Shown here: positions 63,102 through 64,000 of the stretch, piece after piece
Layout of the letters: every line of letters starts with the position of its first letter
Position numbering within the stretch: position 1 is the first letter of the stretch
From: the human T2T-CHM13v2.0 reference genome, Homo sapiens
Reading direction: 5' to 3' (one strand)
Length of the DNA stretch: 64,000 nucleotides
NCBI RefSeq assembly: GCF_009914755.1
Contig: NC_060930.1
The notes under the pieces: generated by a model
What the model saw: only the letters and a program-made list of their open reading frames with translations
Databases searched by the model: none
What the model was told of the DNA's origin: nothing
Made by a program: the position numbers and the translations under genes

Positions 63102-63698
63102 ACTTTAAGCCGTACCCCTTCCAATCTGACCGTTCTCAGCATCTCTGCCTCCATCACACTGACCCAAGGCACTAGTTTTTACCTTTCCTGTGTCACCACA
63201 GTAGTCTCCTAACTAGCTTTCCTGCTTCTACTCTTGGCCCCATGTATTATAATAATAGATATATAGTAGATAATTGGCCCCATCTATTGGCTATCAATTA
63301 TTATAATTATATATGTTTAATATATTATAATTATCTATAACATACTTAATATATTATGATTATCTATTATCCAATTATCTAGAATTAAATATATTAGATA
63401 TAATATAATTGAATATATCATATTTAATATACATTAAATGATATATTTTTAATTTATATATAATCATAATATATTAAATGTATAATATATTTAATATAAT
63501 AACAATAGCCAATAGATGAGGGCCAATTTTCTACTATATATCTATTATTATAATACATGGGGCCAAGAGTAGAAGCAGGAAAGCTAGTTAGGAGACTGCT
63601 GTGGTGACACAGGAAAGGTAAAAACTAGTGCCTTGGTTCAGTGTGATGGAGGCAGAGATGCTGAGAATGGTCAGATTGGAAGGGGTACAGTTTAAAGT
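63102..63698. repeat. Inverted repeat with ~193 bp arms (63102-63294, 63505-63698) and a 210 bp AT-rich spacer
   Basis: Manual alignment of the arms gives 6 substitutions and 1 indel. Confidence 0.95.
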
Positions 63699-64000
63699 TT
63701 AATATTTAATAATTGTTAAATATATATTAAATATATAATTATTAAATATTAATATATATGATATAATTAAATATATTATATTTCCGGCTTCCACTCTTGG
63801 CCCCATCTATTATAATAATATATATAATAGTTCTTCACATAGCAGCCAGAAGAATCCACTTAAAATATAACTTGGATCATGTCACTCTCCTCCACAAAAC
63901 TCTTTGGTAGCTCTCTATTACCCCCAACATAAAATGAACCTCCTTTACTAAGACTTAAAGGACTTACTGTGAGCTAGCTCCAGCATATGTATATCAGGCC
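63110..64000 (+). mobile_element. L2 fragment disrupted by the fold-back insertion
   Basis: ctcctaact..cctgcttc.actcttg lies before the insertion and cacatagcagccaga..gatcatgtcactc resumes after it. Confidence 0.65.

Overview
Human, AT-rich and repeat-dense DNA. It holds the 3' end of NKAIN2 (Na+/K+-ATPase-interacting 2) on the + strand. The penultimate coding exon (22439-22520) and last exon (from 27272) splice to give ...[30 protein letters not shown], followed by a ~2.4 kb 3'UTR with AATAAA at 29670. Positions 1-22438 are intronic and everything after ~29700 looks intergenic. Every long ORF in the track is LINE-1 derived. The primate L1 copies are a full-length decayed L1PA3/4-type element (8545-14704), a human-specific pre-Ta L1HS with a 5' inversion (44027-45914), a TSD-flanked tail-less internal fragment (59410-60500) and a short 3' stub (38255-38481). 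There are also Alus, a full THE1 MaLR provirus, solo LTRs, hAT/mariner fossils, L2 and MIR. I see no new protein-coding system. The most unusual signals are an apparent ~480 bp inversion at an L1 insertion site that splits an MLT1D, a ~700 bp fold-back insertion at 63.1-63.8 kb with smaller direct-inverted-direct motifs elsewhere, the internally primed L1, and candidate alternative NKAIN2 C-terminal splicing. Subfamily names come from recalled consensus motifs, not from a database search.
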